Origin: a virus
Direction: 5' to 3' (one strand)
Virus record (IMG/VR): IMGVR_UViG_3300013126_002744
Location: 4,784-68,783 of that record
DNA length: 64,000 nt
The notes beneath the pieces are model-generated. The model ran no database searches. It was not told the origin of the DNA and saw nothing but the letters and a program-made list of their open reading frames with translations. Both the position numbers and the translations under genes were made by a program. Below are positions 49,816 through 59,624 of the stretch, in pieces. Within the stretch, counting starts at the first letter, position 1, and each line of letters begins with the position of its first letter.

Positions 49816-50586
49816 ATGCCTATTCCAAATCAAGCATACTGGTATAACAACCAATTAAAACGTTACATTGTTCAATTTATGGCAATATTCTCTGGACTCC
49901 AAGTAAAGATTGGCAGAAATGAACAGACGGGACAAGACGCACTAATCCCTGTAACAATCCATTATGGGAACCACGATCGTGTGGTTGCATCCCTGATGGC
50001 CGAAAACACACAAAACAAACCAATCAGACTGCCGTTGATGACGGCTTACATGCAAAATCTCGATCTTGCAAGCGATATGTACCACGGCATGGGTGTTGAG
50101 CGCAGGAACTCATACGTGCCTACAGGAGGTCTGTTACCAAATGATGTCGAAGTGGTTCATCAACGTGCACCCATTCCATACAGAATGACAGTACAACTAG
50201 GCATTTACGCCAGCAACACTGATCAGCACTTTCAAATACTGGAACAAATATTAATGCTGTTTGATCCCCAGATGACAGTGCAAACCAGTGATGGACCATT
50301 TGACTGGACACGGTTGACAACAGTCAAACTGACAAGCGTCAGCATCGATCAACAACACCCCATTGGAACAGATCGTAGAATCATTCAAAGCACCCTGATG
50401 TTTGAAATGCCTGTGTACCTCGGCTCGCCTGCAGATGTCCGTAAAGACTTTATCAAGACGATTAACGTGCGTATAGGCACCATCAACAATGCTATTGTCG
50501 AAAGTGGGGATATCGTTGCTGCTTTGGACGATCTTGGAATCGATTATGATGCCTGGGCCGATGGAGCTGATATTGGGTTTCAATAA
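49816..50586 (+). CDS. gp15: tail sheath stabiliser / tail terminator
   Basis: QLKRYIVQF, PIPYRMTVQLGIY and QILEQILMLFDP. Confidence 0.85.
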   Translation: MPIPNQAYWYNNQLKRYIVQFMAIFSGLQVKIGRNEQTGQDALIPVTIHYGNHDRVVASLMAENTQNKPIRLPLMTAYMQNLDLASDMYHGMGVERRNSYVPTGGLLPNDVEVVHQRAPIPYRMTVQLGIYASNTDQHFQILEQILMLFDPQMTVQTSDGPFDWTRLTTVKLTSVSIDQQHPIGTDRRIIQSTLMFEMPVYLGSPADVRKDFIKTINVRIGTINNAIVESGDIVAALDDLGIDYDAWADGADIGFQ

Positions 50587-50638
50587 CCAATCATAAATAT
50601 AAATATAAACATTATTTACTATTTTTAAGGAGCGTCTC

Positions 50639-52231
50639 ATGAGCATTCGATTTTCTACAATTTCCAACTCAGCTACTGTACAACTAGCCACCTCTGTTAA
50701 CCCAGTAGATGAAGGCAGTTCATCAGTTGTCACACTAACAACAACCGGCATTCAGAACGGGCAGGCTATTCCATATACAATCTCCGGGGTCGGTATCACA
50801 TCAGATGATATTGGCGAGGCACTGACAGGTAATTTTGTGGTTCAAAATGGAACAGCAACTAAAACACTGAATATTGCAGCCGATTTAACAACAGAAGGGC
50901 AAGAAACATTAACGCTGTCACTAGGCAGCCAGTTCAATAGCACTAACGTCAGCTTGACTGTTAATGACACAAGTCTAACACCGGTATCTGGTGATATGTA
51001 TTACGATAACGTTGTTGCATTATTACACTTTGAAAACAACGCGTTGGATGTTAAGGGACACTCTTTCCCAGCAACATCAATATCATACAGCACATCATCC
51101 AAATTTGGCACTTATGCAGCCCAATTTGGTGGTAATACTTCTGTCGTAACATCAACACACAATGATTTTATTGTAGGAACCGGTGATTTCACAATTGAAA
51201 TGTGGATTAACACACCAGGATATGCAGGTGACGTTGGTGTGTTTCACCTAGCAGCTTCATCCACTCCAAACAATACTGGTATCGGCATGGCACACGTATC
51301 AGGCAATCAATTAGCAATGGTGTACGGAAACAACTATTACCCAGTAGCATCAACGTCACTGACAGCCAATACATGGCACCATATTGCGGTAGTGCGTACA
51401 TCTGGTACGGTTAAAATGTATCTTGATGGCGTACAAAAATACTCAGCTGCACTAGCAACAAACTTCTCTGCGGAAAATGTGCTGAAAGTTGGTGGTTACT
51501 ACAACAATAGCTATGGTTGGAATGGCAAGATCGACGATTTCCGCTTCACAAAGGGTGTTGCTCGCTACACATCAGCATTTACAATTCCAGCAGCTGCATT
51601 CCCAGACACAAAGAATGAGAACGTTGATCCATTCTTCAACAATGTTGCTCTATTAATGCACATGGACGGAACCAATGGAAGCACGACATTTACAGATTCC
51701 TCATCAACCAACAAAACACTAACATCTAATGGTGCTGGGGCTGTTATCAGCACCGCACAATACAAGTATGGCACTGCTAGTGGATCGTTCAGTGGCAACA
51801 GACTAGCAACAACCCAATTCCTAATTGCAAACACTAATGAAGATTTCACTCTCGAAGCGTGGGTGCGTCCGTCATCTTTCGGGTCATTTAACCAAATCGT
51901 GTATGGTGGCGTTGTTAATAGTCAGTTCTTAATCAGAAGTAACAGATTTGAATGGTACCCACTTGGTATTGTTTCGCCAGCGACAATTACTCTAAGCAAC
52001 TGGCACCACATTGCTATATCAAGAACAAACAACGTGGTTCGTATATTCGTAAATGGGCAGAGTGGTACTCCTGTTACCCAGTCATCGATTGCATACGGAC
52101 AATTCATTGGAGCTGCTGATAATGCAGAAATGTTTTACGGGTATATGGATGATCTCCGCATCACAAAGGGTGTTGGTCGGTATATTGCAAACTTCACTCC
52201 ACCAACACGCGCTTTTGCTGATAATGCTTAA
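50639..52231 (+). CDS. virion protein with Ig/Calx-beta-like domain and two LamG/ConA lectin domains
   Basis: DFTIEMW...WHHIAVVR...G.IDDFRFTKGVARY, present twice. Confidence 0.85.
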   Translation: MSIRFSTISNSATVQLATSVNPVDEGSSSVVTLTTTGIQNGQAIPYTISGVGITSDDIGEALTGNFVVQNGTATKTLNIAADLTTEGQETLTLSLGSQFNSTNVSLTVNDTSLTPVSGDMYYDNVVALLHFENNALDVKGHSFPATSISYSTSSKFGTYAAQFGGNTSVVTSTHNDFIVGTGDFTIEMWINTPGYAGDVGVFHLAASSTPNNTGIGMAHVSGNQLAMVYGNNYYPVASTSLTANTWHHIAVVRTSGTVKMYLDGVQKYSAALATNFSAENVLKVGGYYNNSYGWNGKIDDFRFTKGVARYTSAFTIPAAAFPDTKNENVDPFFNNVALLMHMDGTNGSTTFTDSSSTNKTLTSNGAGAVISTAQYKYGTASGSFSGNRLATTQFLIANTNEDFTLEAWVRPSSFGSFNQIVYGGVVNSQFLIRSNRFEWYPLGIVSPATITLSNWHHIAISRTNNVVRIFVNGQSGTPVTQSSIAYGQFIGAADNAEMFYGYMDDLRITKGVGRYIANFTPPTRAFADNA

Positions 52232-52952
52232 TTGTCTCAAGACGTTTCCTTCTCACATCAACATCATTAGCAGTGCATTTGTTTGAACAGTGAGAAGGAA
52301 AAGTTCCGTCGAACCTCCCGCCCACTCTCATCTTTAAAATGTTGCCACAACCACACAATGGTTGATGACTGACATTATCCAAAAGGCAACGTAAACGGAC
52401 CTTTAAACTAGCGTTATAGCGAAGAAATTTGGTATATTCCAACAATGCTTGAATAAGGTTTGGATTGAACAACAGTCTGTCATTATACCTTGGGCTGATC
52501 CGTTTTGTCTTTGTAATCACCCCATAATTCATCATTGCAAGCAGTAGTGTGTTTCGTGTTAATGGTAGTTGCATTTTCTGAGGTGGAATATTGACAGGTT
52601 GTGTTGATGAACTGCTGTTTGACAACGGTTTAGGCCGCCGAGTTCTTGGTTTGTGTGGACTGTGTCCGATGCCAGCTCCACCTTTTCTCATATTATATCC
52701 ATTCGGCATCATGGTATTGAACACCTCAATGTAGTGTTGTTCCAACCGTTTGGCGTCATAAAGGGTTAATCCTTCCTCAATCACCTCATGTTTAAAACTA
52801 TCCCACCCAAATTTCTGGACTGCAATACTGAACGCTCTCTTCGAAGATTTGCTTATTTTATGCTCTCTGTGGCGTTTTGGTTGGTCCTTGGTAACACCGA
52901 TGTACGACTTACCTTCAGGACTTGTGTGTTTGTATATCAAATAATTTTCCAT
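52194..52952 (-). mobile_element. GIY-YIG homing endonuclease with C-terminal Zn ribbon
   Basis: YLIY...YIG.T...R, E..YI and GYN; CGCG..CSNKC. Confidence 0.8.
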
Positions 52953-53062
52953 AATATTATTTATGATAACAAATTGTACAGGTCCATTTAATATTTCGTG
53001 TGCAGCTGCACCCTTTCATAAATACTCTCACCATACATAACTAACTTTTCAGGAGACATATT

Positions 53063-54811
53063 ATGGCAAGTTTAATTTCCCCAGGTGTATCCGTTACAAT
53101 CACGGATGAATCCTTTTTCATTCCAGCGGCCGCTGTTACGGTACCGTTGATTTTCATTGCAACAGCAGATGAAAAGAAGCAAGCGCCAGCTGGCTCTGGT
53201 ACAGCCGCGGCACAACTAGACGCAGCCGGCACATTTGAGTCTGGTGTTGTCCGCACTGTGACATCACTTAAACAATCCGTTGCACTATACGGTATTCCAA
53301 CATTCTTGGTTGATACAGCAGGCAACCCACAACACGGTGACGTCCGTAATGAATACGGTCTATTTGCACTAAACCAGTTCCTCGGAGTTGGTAACCGCGC
53401 ATACGTTGTTCGTGCAAACGTCAATCTAAACGACAACCAAATTGATATCCGCAACATGTGGGACGTCAAGATGCAAGAAGCATCATACGTTCTTGAGAAC
53501 CTGTGTAATTCGTTCATCAATGAATATAATCTAGCCAATGGTTACACCCCAGCCAACCCATCATACAAGCGCACGGTCAGCAAGACAGAAATGTCGTCGC
53601 TAGTTGCTCAAGCAACATCTGCAGTTTGGGCGATGTTCTCATTCAAGAACATCGATGATGAGTTCTTAAACAACCAATCAGCTGCTCCGTTTGACGTATA
53701 TGCTAATGGATTCAACCAACCATCAACTGGTGTGTATGAAGGGGTTGAATACATTCTAACACAATGGGAGCTGTTGCAATTGGGTTCGGTAGTCAACACA
53801 CAGTGGACGCCAGAAGAAGCTGGTAATACACTGGTTGGTGCTGCTGATCAATTCAAGTACACAATGGAATTTGTTAATGGTACATCACTGGGTGCTAACG
53901 ATGCCGCTCGCCGCGTTGCTGTTGTAACAGCACTACAAGCAGCAATCAATAGCAACACTGACATCCGTTCTGAAACATACGAATACAACTTAATCCTCTG
54001 CCCAGGCTTCCCAGAAGTTGCAGATGAGCTTGTAAATCTGTGTGTTGACATCAATGAAGAAGCGTTTGTTCTATCTGACACACCATTCAACATGGATCCA
54101 GACCAAGTCGTTACATGGGCTGCTACATCCAACCGCCAGACATCACGCAATGTTGCATACTACTACCCACACGGTTATGCATCCAACCTAGATGGTGCTA
54201 ACGTGATGTGTGCAGCATCTGGTGTTGCTCTTCGCACAATCACGTACAGCGATGAAGTGTCTGAACTCTGGTTTGCACCAGCCGGTACACGCCGTGGTAT
54301 GGTATCAGGTGTTACAACAGTTGGATACGTATCTGGCACACTAGGTACAGCAACAACATTCAATGAGGTTGCTCTAAACCAAGGCCAGCGTGACAATCTG
54401 TACAAGTACTTCACAAACATCAACCCAATCGTGTTCTTCCCAGGCCGCGGTTTGATTGTTTGGGGTCAGAAGACTTCTGCACCAGATGCATCAGCACTAG
54501 ACCGCATCAATGTTATGCGTCTAATGATGTACATCAAGCGTCAATTGCGTAAGAATACAATGTCATTTGTGTTCGAACCAAACGACAAGCTAACTCGTGA
54601 CAACCTCAAGGCTGTTGTGGATAGCTTCCTCGGCGATCTGATTGTTAAGCGTGGTCTATATGACTTTGCTACTGTGTGTGATGAATCAAATAACACACCA
54701 GACCGCATTGACCGCAATGAGTTGTATATTGATGTGGCTCTAAAGCCAGTGAAGGCAGCTGAATTCATCTACATCCCAATTCGTGTGGTGAACACGGGTG
54801 CTACAATCTAA
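53063..54811 (+). CDS. gp18: tail sheath protein
   Basis: SPGVSV, WFAPAG..RG, FEPND and CDESNNTP. Confidence 0.95.
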   Translation: MASLISPGVSVTITDESFFIPAAAVTVPLIFIATADEKKQAPAGSGTAAAQLDAAGTFESGVVRTVTSLKQSVALYGIPTFLVDTAGNPQHGDVRNEYGLFALNQFLGVGNRAYVVRANVNLNDNQIDIRNMWDVKMQEASYVLENLCNSFINEYNLANGYTPANPSYKRTVSKTEMSSLVAQATSAVWAMFSFKNIDDEFLNNQSAAPFDVYANGFNQPSTGVYEGVEYILTQWELLQLGSVVNTQWTPEEAGNTLVGAADQFKYTMEFVNGTSLGANDAARRVAVVTALQAAINSNTDIRSETYEYNLILCPGFPEVADELVNLCVDINEEAFVLSDTPFNMDPDQVVTWAATSNRQTSRNVAYYYPHGYASNLDGANVMCAASGVALRTITYSDEVSELWFAPAGTRRGMVSGVTTVGYVSGTLGTATTFNEVALNQGQRDNLYKYFTNINPIVFFPGRGLIVWGQKTSAPDASALDRINVMRLMMYIKRQLRKNTMSFVFEPNDKLTRDNLKAVVDSFLGDLIVKRGLYDFATVCDESNNTPDRIDRNELYIDVALKPVKAAEFIYIPIRVVNTGATI

Positions 54812-54835
54812 TATCAGATTGCAAACACACTAGAC

Positions 54836-54865
54836 AAAGGGGCAGGCAACTGCCCCTTTTCTTTT
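54836..54865 (+). terminator. intrinsic terminator
   Basis: aaaggggcag-gcaa-ctgccccttttctttt. Confidence 0.92.
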
Positions 54866-54948
54866 GCACAAGGCAAAAATTGGTGTAAAATCATATCCGT
54901 TTTATAAATACTTCCGTACACAATTTTCGTTACTAACAGGAGTACAAT

Positions 54949-55533
54949 ATGTCAACAATTAACGATATCGGAATTCCAGGTGTAGGGACAGGTATCCTAC
55001 AACCTAAACAAAACAACAAGTGGAGAATCACCTTCCAGAACATGGGTGCTGGGGCTGACAGTCAGCCAGTATCAATGCAGGCTGTGTCTATCGTCCGCCC
55101 AACAGTATCTTTCAACAAGGTTGAATTGCACCGTTACAACTCTGTATCCTACATCGCTGGTAAGCACAAATGGGATCCTGTTGATCTGGTTATTGAAGAT
55201 GATGTTACAGGTTCAGCATCTGCTATCCTACAACAACAACTTCAAACACAACAATGGTTGATTGGTTCTGAGGGTCAGTGGCTAGCTTCTGCCGGTGAAG
55301 GATCAATTTACAAGTTTGCAACCGTTCTGGACATGATGGACGGTAACGATCAAGTTATTGAAACATGGACACTAGAAGGCTGCTGGCTAGAAAATGTTAA
55401 GTATGGTGACCTAACATATGAAAATGCTGATGCAGTAAAGATCACAATCACAATCAGCTACGACCACGCTCGTCAATTGCTTGGTGGTTATGCACGTGGT
55501 CCAGGCATTGCAACGGGTGGTGCTGGTACTTAA
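54949..55533 (+). CDS. gp19: tail tube protein
   Basis: Follows sheath; RPTVSF, YIAGKHKW and WTLEGCW. Confidence 0.9.
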   Translation: MSTINDIGIPGVGTGILQPKQNNKWRITFQNMGAGADSQPVSMQAVSIVRPTVSFNKVELHRYNSVSYIAGKHKWDPVDLVIEDDVTGSASAILQQQLQTQQWLIGSEGQWLASAGEGSIYKFATVLDMMDGNDQVIETWTLEGCWLENVKYGDLTYENADAVKITITISYDHARQLLGGYARGPGIATGGAGT

Positions 55534-55556
55534 TACGTCCGGTCCTCGAACCAATC

Positions 55557-55588
55557 GAAAAGGCGGCTTTGGTCGCCTTTTCCTTTTT
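55557..55588 (+). terminator. intrinsic terminator abutting late promoter TATAAATA (55588-55595)
   Basis: gaaaaggcggc-tttg-gtcgccttttc. Confidence 0.85.
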
Positions 55589-55619
55589 ATAAATACTATA
55601 AACAACCCCAGGGGATAAC

Positions 55620-57149
55620 ATGGCGGATCCAAGATCTTATATCAGTAAAAAAGTTGGTAAACCTGCAAAGTCGATATCAACATCAAATGCAATTGAAGCG
55701 ATATCTCAGGCCCGCCGCGTGCTCAATGGTAAAAATCCAATTGCATCACGAGTGGGAGCTGGTCTGAAAGCGCTTGTTGCAATATCAAAAGCGATTGGAG
55801 CAGGTGGAAAACTGCCAGTATCAATCGATGATGTCCCTTCCAATGTTAAATGGGTTTTACAACAAGTTGGCATCAACACCCAGGCTATATTCAAAGTTGC
55901 ACAATTCAACAAAGGTGTCGCAGCTGCTGGTGAATCTGCAGCCCAAGCGGTCTTTGGTAAAGTATCATCAGGCACATTCACAACAAATGACATTCCAACA
56001 TATCAACCACCCCTGGAACGGTTGAACACGTTGGACCAATCTGTGTATACGCCAAAACTGCCTCCAATGAGAGAAATCACGGTGTCTCCGTACGCAATGG
56101 ATCTGTTTGCATTTGCACCAAAGTACAAGTTTTTATTTGTCGTCCAGTTTACATTTAATGACCCATACATGCAAGACTCACACTTTCAGAAACAATTTGC
56201 TTTTGTAGTTAAGAAATCCACAAGACCTGGTGTCAAATACAACATGGAAGATGTAAATTACTACAATTTCAGAACCAAAGTTGTAACAAAGGCAGAACTT
56301 GAAGAAATGTCCATGACATTTTATGATGATGGGAAAAACAATGCAAATGCATTTTATACTGCATACACCAGGATCATGAGTCCAATATTAAACTATTCTG
56401 ATCCAAGCCAGGTATTAAATCTTGAAGCACAAGGATTAACTAAAGACCACTTTAACAGCACTATGGACGTGCCTGGAATCATTGGTGCAATGCCTTACAC
56501 AAATCAAAACTCAAGCTCAACTGGCCCGCTGGCAAAATCCAACAAAACAATTATCAACAATATAAGATTGTTTCAAGTGTATGACTATGGACAGAAGGTT
56601 AACATATTCACATTCTATAGTCCAAGATTGACGTCACTAGACCTTGATGACGTTGATATGTCAAACAGCGAAATAAATTTGATGGACATCAAATTTAACT
56701 ACGAGTCGATGTATGTTGACCTAGCCAGAGATATGAAGGAAGTAAATCTAGAAGACTTGACGAACCAAGGGTTGTATCCATTGCGATACAATGGGGATGG
56801 TTCAGCTACGGGCATGGATACAGCAACAATGGGTGAAGGTGTGTTTTCAAACCAACCAATGCCAACCGGTAACATTGGTAGTGTTAATGCTATTGGTGAT
56901 GAGTTTATCCACCCAGACATGGGTGTTGTGAACACAACACCAAAATATGAAGACCTGACACCACCCCAACCAAACTTTGGAACATCTGGTGGATGGGCAC
57001 CAAACATGCCGAGTGGAAACTCGGTTCCTGGAAACCGGGCGATTGACATAGCAAGTGTATCCCCTGATTTTAAACCCATAAGTACTTCACAGGGACAGAA
57101 TTATACGGTAGAGGAATCGCCAACAAGTATGTTTGGAACGAAGGGATAG
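55620..57149 (+). CDS. tube-fold baseplate-tube protein (gp54-like)
   Basis: PKYKFLFVVQF, VNYYNFRTKV and MTFYDD. Confidence 0.6.
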   Translation: MADPRSYISKKVGKPAKSISTSNAIEAISQARRVLNGKNPIASRVGAGLKALVAISKAIGAGGKLPVSIDDVPSNVKWVLQQVGINTQAIFKVAQFNKGVAAAGESAAQAVFGKVSSGTFTTNDIPTYQPPLERLNTLDQSVYTPKLPPMREITVSPYAMDLFAFAPKYKFLFVVQFTFNDPYMQDSHFQKQFAFVVKKSTRPGVKYNMEDVNYYNFRTKVVTKAELEEMSMTFYDDGKNNANAFYTAYTRIMSPILNYSDPSQVLNLEAQGLTKDHFNSTMDVPGIIGAMPYTNQNSSSTGPLAKSNKTIINNIRLFQVYDYGQKVNIFTFYSPRLTSLDLDDVDMSNSEINLMDIKFNYESMYVDLARDMKEVNLEDLTNQGLYPLRYNGDGSATGMDTATMGEGVFSNQPMPTGNIGSVNAIGDEFIHPDMGVVNTTPKYEDLTPPQPNFGTSGGWAPNMPSGNSVPGNRAIDIASVSPDFKPISTSQGQNYTVEESPTSMFGTKG

Positions 57150-57152
57150 CAG

Positions 57153-57590
57153 ATGGCATATAAGTACAAGCAAGGATACTACACACCAAAACACCCAGAA
57201 AAGTACATTGGTGACGTCAACAAAATTATCTACAGGTCGAGCTACGAACTGGAAGTTAATCAGTTTTTTGACAACAATCCTCGTGTACTAAAGTGGGCCA
57301 GTGAAGAGATTGCTATTCCATACTTTAACCCTGTGAAACACAAACTAGCAAATTATTACCCTGATTATTATGTTGAATATGTTACCAGAGATGGGGAAAT
57401 AATCAAAGAGATCGTCGAAGTAAAACCCAAGCAGCAAACGACCAGATCATACTCACGCAACACTAGAACCAAACTATACGAAGATTTGACACTGGCTGTG
57501 AATACAGCCAAGTGGATGGCGGCACAAGAGTGGTGTGAAAAACGCGGACTAAAGTTCCGTGTCATCACGGAACGCAGCATTTTTAAATAG
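57153..57590 (+). CDS. gp4: head completion nuclease (TnsA-like)
   Basis: PEKYIGD, YRSSYE, YYPDY, EVKP and N.AKW.AA. Confidence 0.9.
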   Translation: MAYKYKQGYYTPKHPEKYIGDVNKIIYRSSYELEVNQFFDNNPRVLKWASEEIAIPYFNPVKHKLANYYPDYYVEYVTRDGEIIKEIVEVKPKQQTTRSYSRNTRTKLYEDLTLAVNTAKWMAAQEWCEKRGLKFRVITERSIFK

Positions 57591-57600
57591 TGAGAACATC

Positions 57601-58041
57601 ATGAAAGTCATCAAGAAAGAAAAGATTATTGAACATCCGCTCGAAGAAGAGTTTGACATCGAACCGGGCACTACCATAGCAGAAGTATCCGAAGTCATTC
57701 CATCAGAAGTTATCCAGGTTGCTGGGTATGATGAAAAAGATGATGAGATTGAAGAGAAACTGGAAGAAATCTATGCCGTAGCCATGAGCAATGTGGAACT
57801 AGTGGCAGACGAAATGGATCGCGTCGAAGGCAAATACAAGGCTCGTGTTGGCGAAGTTACAGCAACAATGTTGAGTGTTGCTCTCGGGGCTGTCCGTGAA
57901 AAATCATTACTCAAGCAGCACAAAGATAAACTTGGTGTAACTGCTGCGGCAGCGAGAACGCCAAACACCGTAAATCAAAACTTAATTGTTGCGGACAGAA
58001 ATGAAATTCTCAGGTCGTTGCTCAGTAAAGAGGATAAATAA
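57601..58041 (+). CDS. terminase small subunit (probable)
   Basis: C-terminal TVNQNLIVADRNEIL; upstream of the large terminase. Confidence 0.65.
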   Translation: MKVIKKEKIIEHPLEEEFDIEPGTTIAEVSEVIPSEVIQVAGYDEKDDEIEEKLEEIYAVAMSNVELVADEMDRVEGKYKARVGEVTATMLSVALGAVREKSLLKQHKDKLGVTAAAARTPNTVNQNLIVADRNEILRSLLSKEDK

Positions 58042-58066
58042 AAGACTGTTTGCTTGGACAACAACT

Positions 58067-59581
58067 ATGAAATATTACAAAATTGAACCTGCTAAATCGC
58101 TGAAGGACTACCTGAACGAAAGTGCGTTGTCAATCAATGACTTGTTCAAACCAGCAAATGCTGCTGTTATCCGCGCTGGGTACAGCGATCGTATTGATCC
58201 TCTGATTGCTATGATCAAACAATCAATGGAGACACCCATTACATTATCAAATGGTCAAACAGCATCGTTCAATGATGAAGATAACCAACAAATTCTTCAA
58301 ATCCTGGCATCCAAAGATGCTGACACCATTCGTGCAGCGCTTCAACGCAAAAAGCCGTTCATTGACACACAAGGTGTTCCACACGCAATCACAGATTTTG
58401 AAAAGACGGCTGAGTTTGGTGGAGGTGGTGGAGCTAACGCCGGCGCCGCCCAAACTGCAGTTCAAGAAGTCGGTCAGGCAGTGGTGCTAGGTTTGATGAA
58501 TGTACTCGGGACTAACCACCTCGAATTATCAGACTTGACAGAAGAAAATCTAATGAAAGGTGCGCGCACCGTTCAACCGGATGCTACTGGACAGGTTGGC
58601 GAAATCTTCCAGCTGATCAATTCGGACAAGAAACAATCGTGGGGTGTTACATTCATTGCTAGTGCTAATGCGCTAGCAAAATCAGGTCTCAAACTATCGG
58701 ATAAAGAATTCCACCGCGGTGGTCCATGGGTTGAACATCTCGCAAAGGTGTGGAGTGCTGCTAATAAAGCAAAGCAACCAAAACCATTTGACAATATTAA
58801 CAAATGGTCTCCAGCAGATATCTGGATTGTAAAGCCAGGCATTGAAGCCCCAACTGTGAATTCTCTTGAAGAACTAAACAAATGGTTGTTGGAGCAGTAT
58901 CATGCTGGCACAGTATATGGTGTATCTCTGAAAAAGACATCAGCCAACCCAACAGTTCATGTGTATAATATGGATCCTGTAAAAGAACAAATCAAGGCTG
59001 TGGTAAAGGAATTGATTGTATCTCGACAAAACGGCCTTCAGAATTTGTTCAGTAGCAAAGGATCCCGTATGACATATCAAGCGGAAATGGCACACATCCC
59101 GCTATCAGCATATTATAGACTGTTTGAAGATGGTCGCGAAGAAGTTCAGTACCGTCAGTTCAACTCTGGTGGCAATATTGCTGGGGAGATTGCCGGCAAA
59201 CACGCTGCTCACGGTAAGCTAGGTTTTGGTGGAATGAACAAAATTCTCCGTGAATTGACTGGGTCAAACATCACACCACAAGTTGAAATTATTGCGGCTA
59301 TCAAAAAGGACAAGCGTGCTGTAATTCAACAAATTGTCACAATGGCAGAAGAAACGGTTGGGTCATATCTAAATCCTAAAGATAAAAAGCAATTGTTCAC
59401 AATCGCCAACAACAGCAATGACGATACACTAATTTCCAAATTCCAAGCCGTTCAGTTGCTCAACATTCTGGTGAAAGCAAGATCATCTGACAAAGAAGCG
59501 GCTGATAAGTTTATCACACAAATTCTCCAGTCGGCTGGATCAAGAACACCACTATCAGGTGTATTTGTAAAGGTATCCTAA
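58067..59581 (+). CDS. putative PD-(D/E)xK nuclease-fold protein, possible internal head protein
   Basis: QE...NKWSPADIW...GVSLKK; leader SLKDYLNES; own late promoter at 58034. Confidence 0.55.
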   Translation: MKYYKIEPAKSLKDYLNESALSINDLFKPANAAVIRAGYSDRIDPLIAMIKQSMETPITLSNGQTASFNDEDNQQILQILASKDADTIRAALQRKKPFIDTQGVPHAITDFEKTAEFGGGGGANAGAAQTAVQEVGQAVVLGLMNVLGTNHLELSDLTEENLMKGARTVQPDATGQVGEIFQLINSDKKQSWGVTFIASANALAKSGLKLSDKEFHRGGPWVEHLAKVWSAANKAKQPKPFDNINKWSPADIWIVKPGIEAPTVNSLEELNKWLLEQYHAGTVYGVSLKKTSANPTVHVYNMDPVKEQIKAVVKELIVSRQNGLQNLFSSKGSRMTYQAEMAHIPLSAYYRLFEDGREEVQYRQFNSGGNIAGEIAGKHAAHGKLGFGGMNKILRELTGSNITPQVEIIAAIKKDKRAVIQQIVTMAEETVGSYLNPKDKKQLFTIANNSNDDTLISKFQAVQLLNILVKARSSDKEAADKFITQILQSAGSRTPLSGVFVKVS

Positions 59582-59624
59582 TATTTTTACCATATAAATA
59601 ACCCAAATAAACAAGAGGTTATAC

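Larger units (their letters stand above)
115..52964 (-). promoter_or_regulatory. minus-strand late promoters (A/G)TAAATA
   Basis: At 115, 1891, 2149, 15430, 20184, 25952, 27604, 32974, 44080 and 52958, each before a minus-strand gene. Confidence 0.8.
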
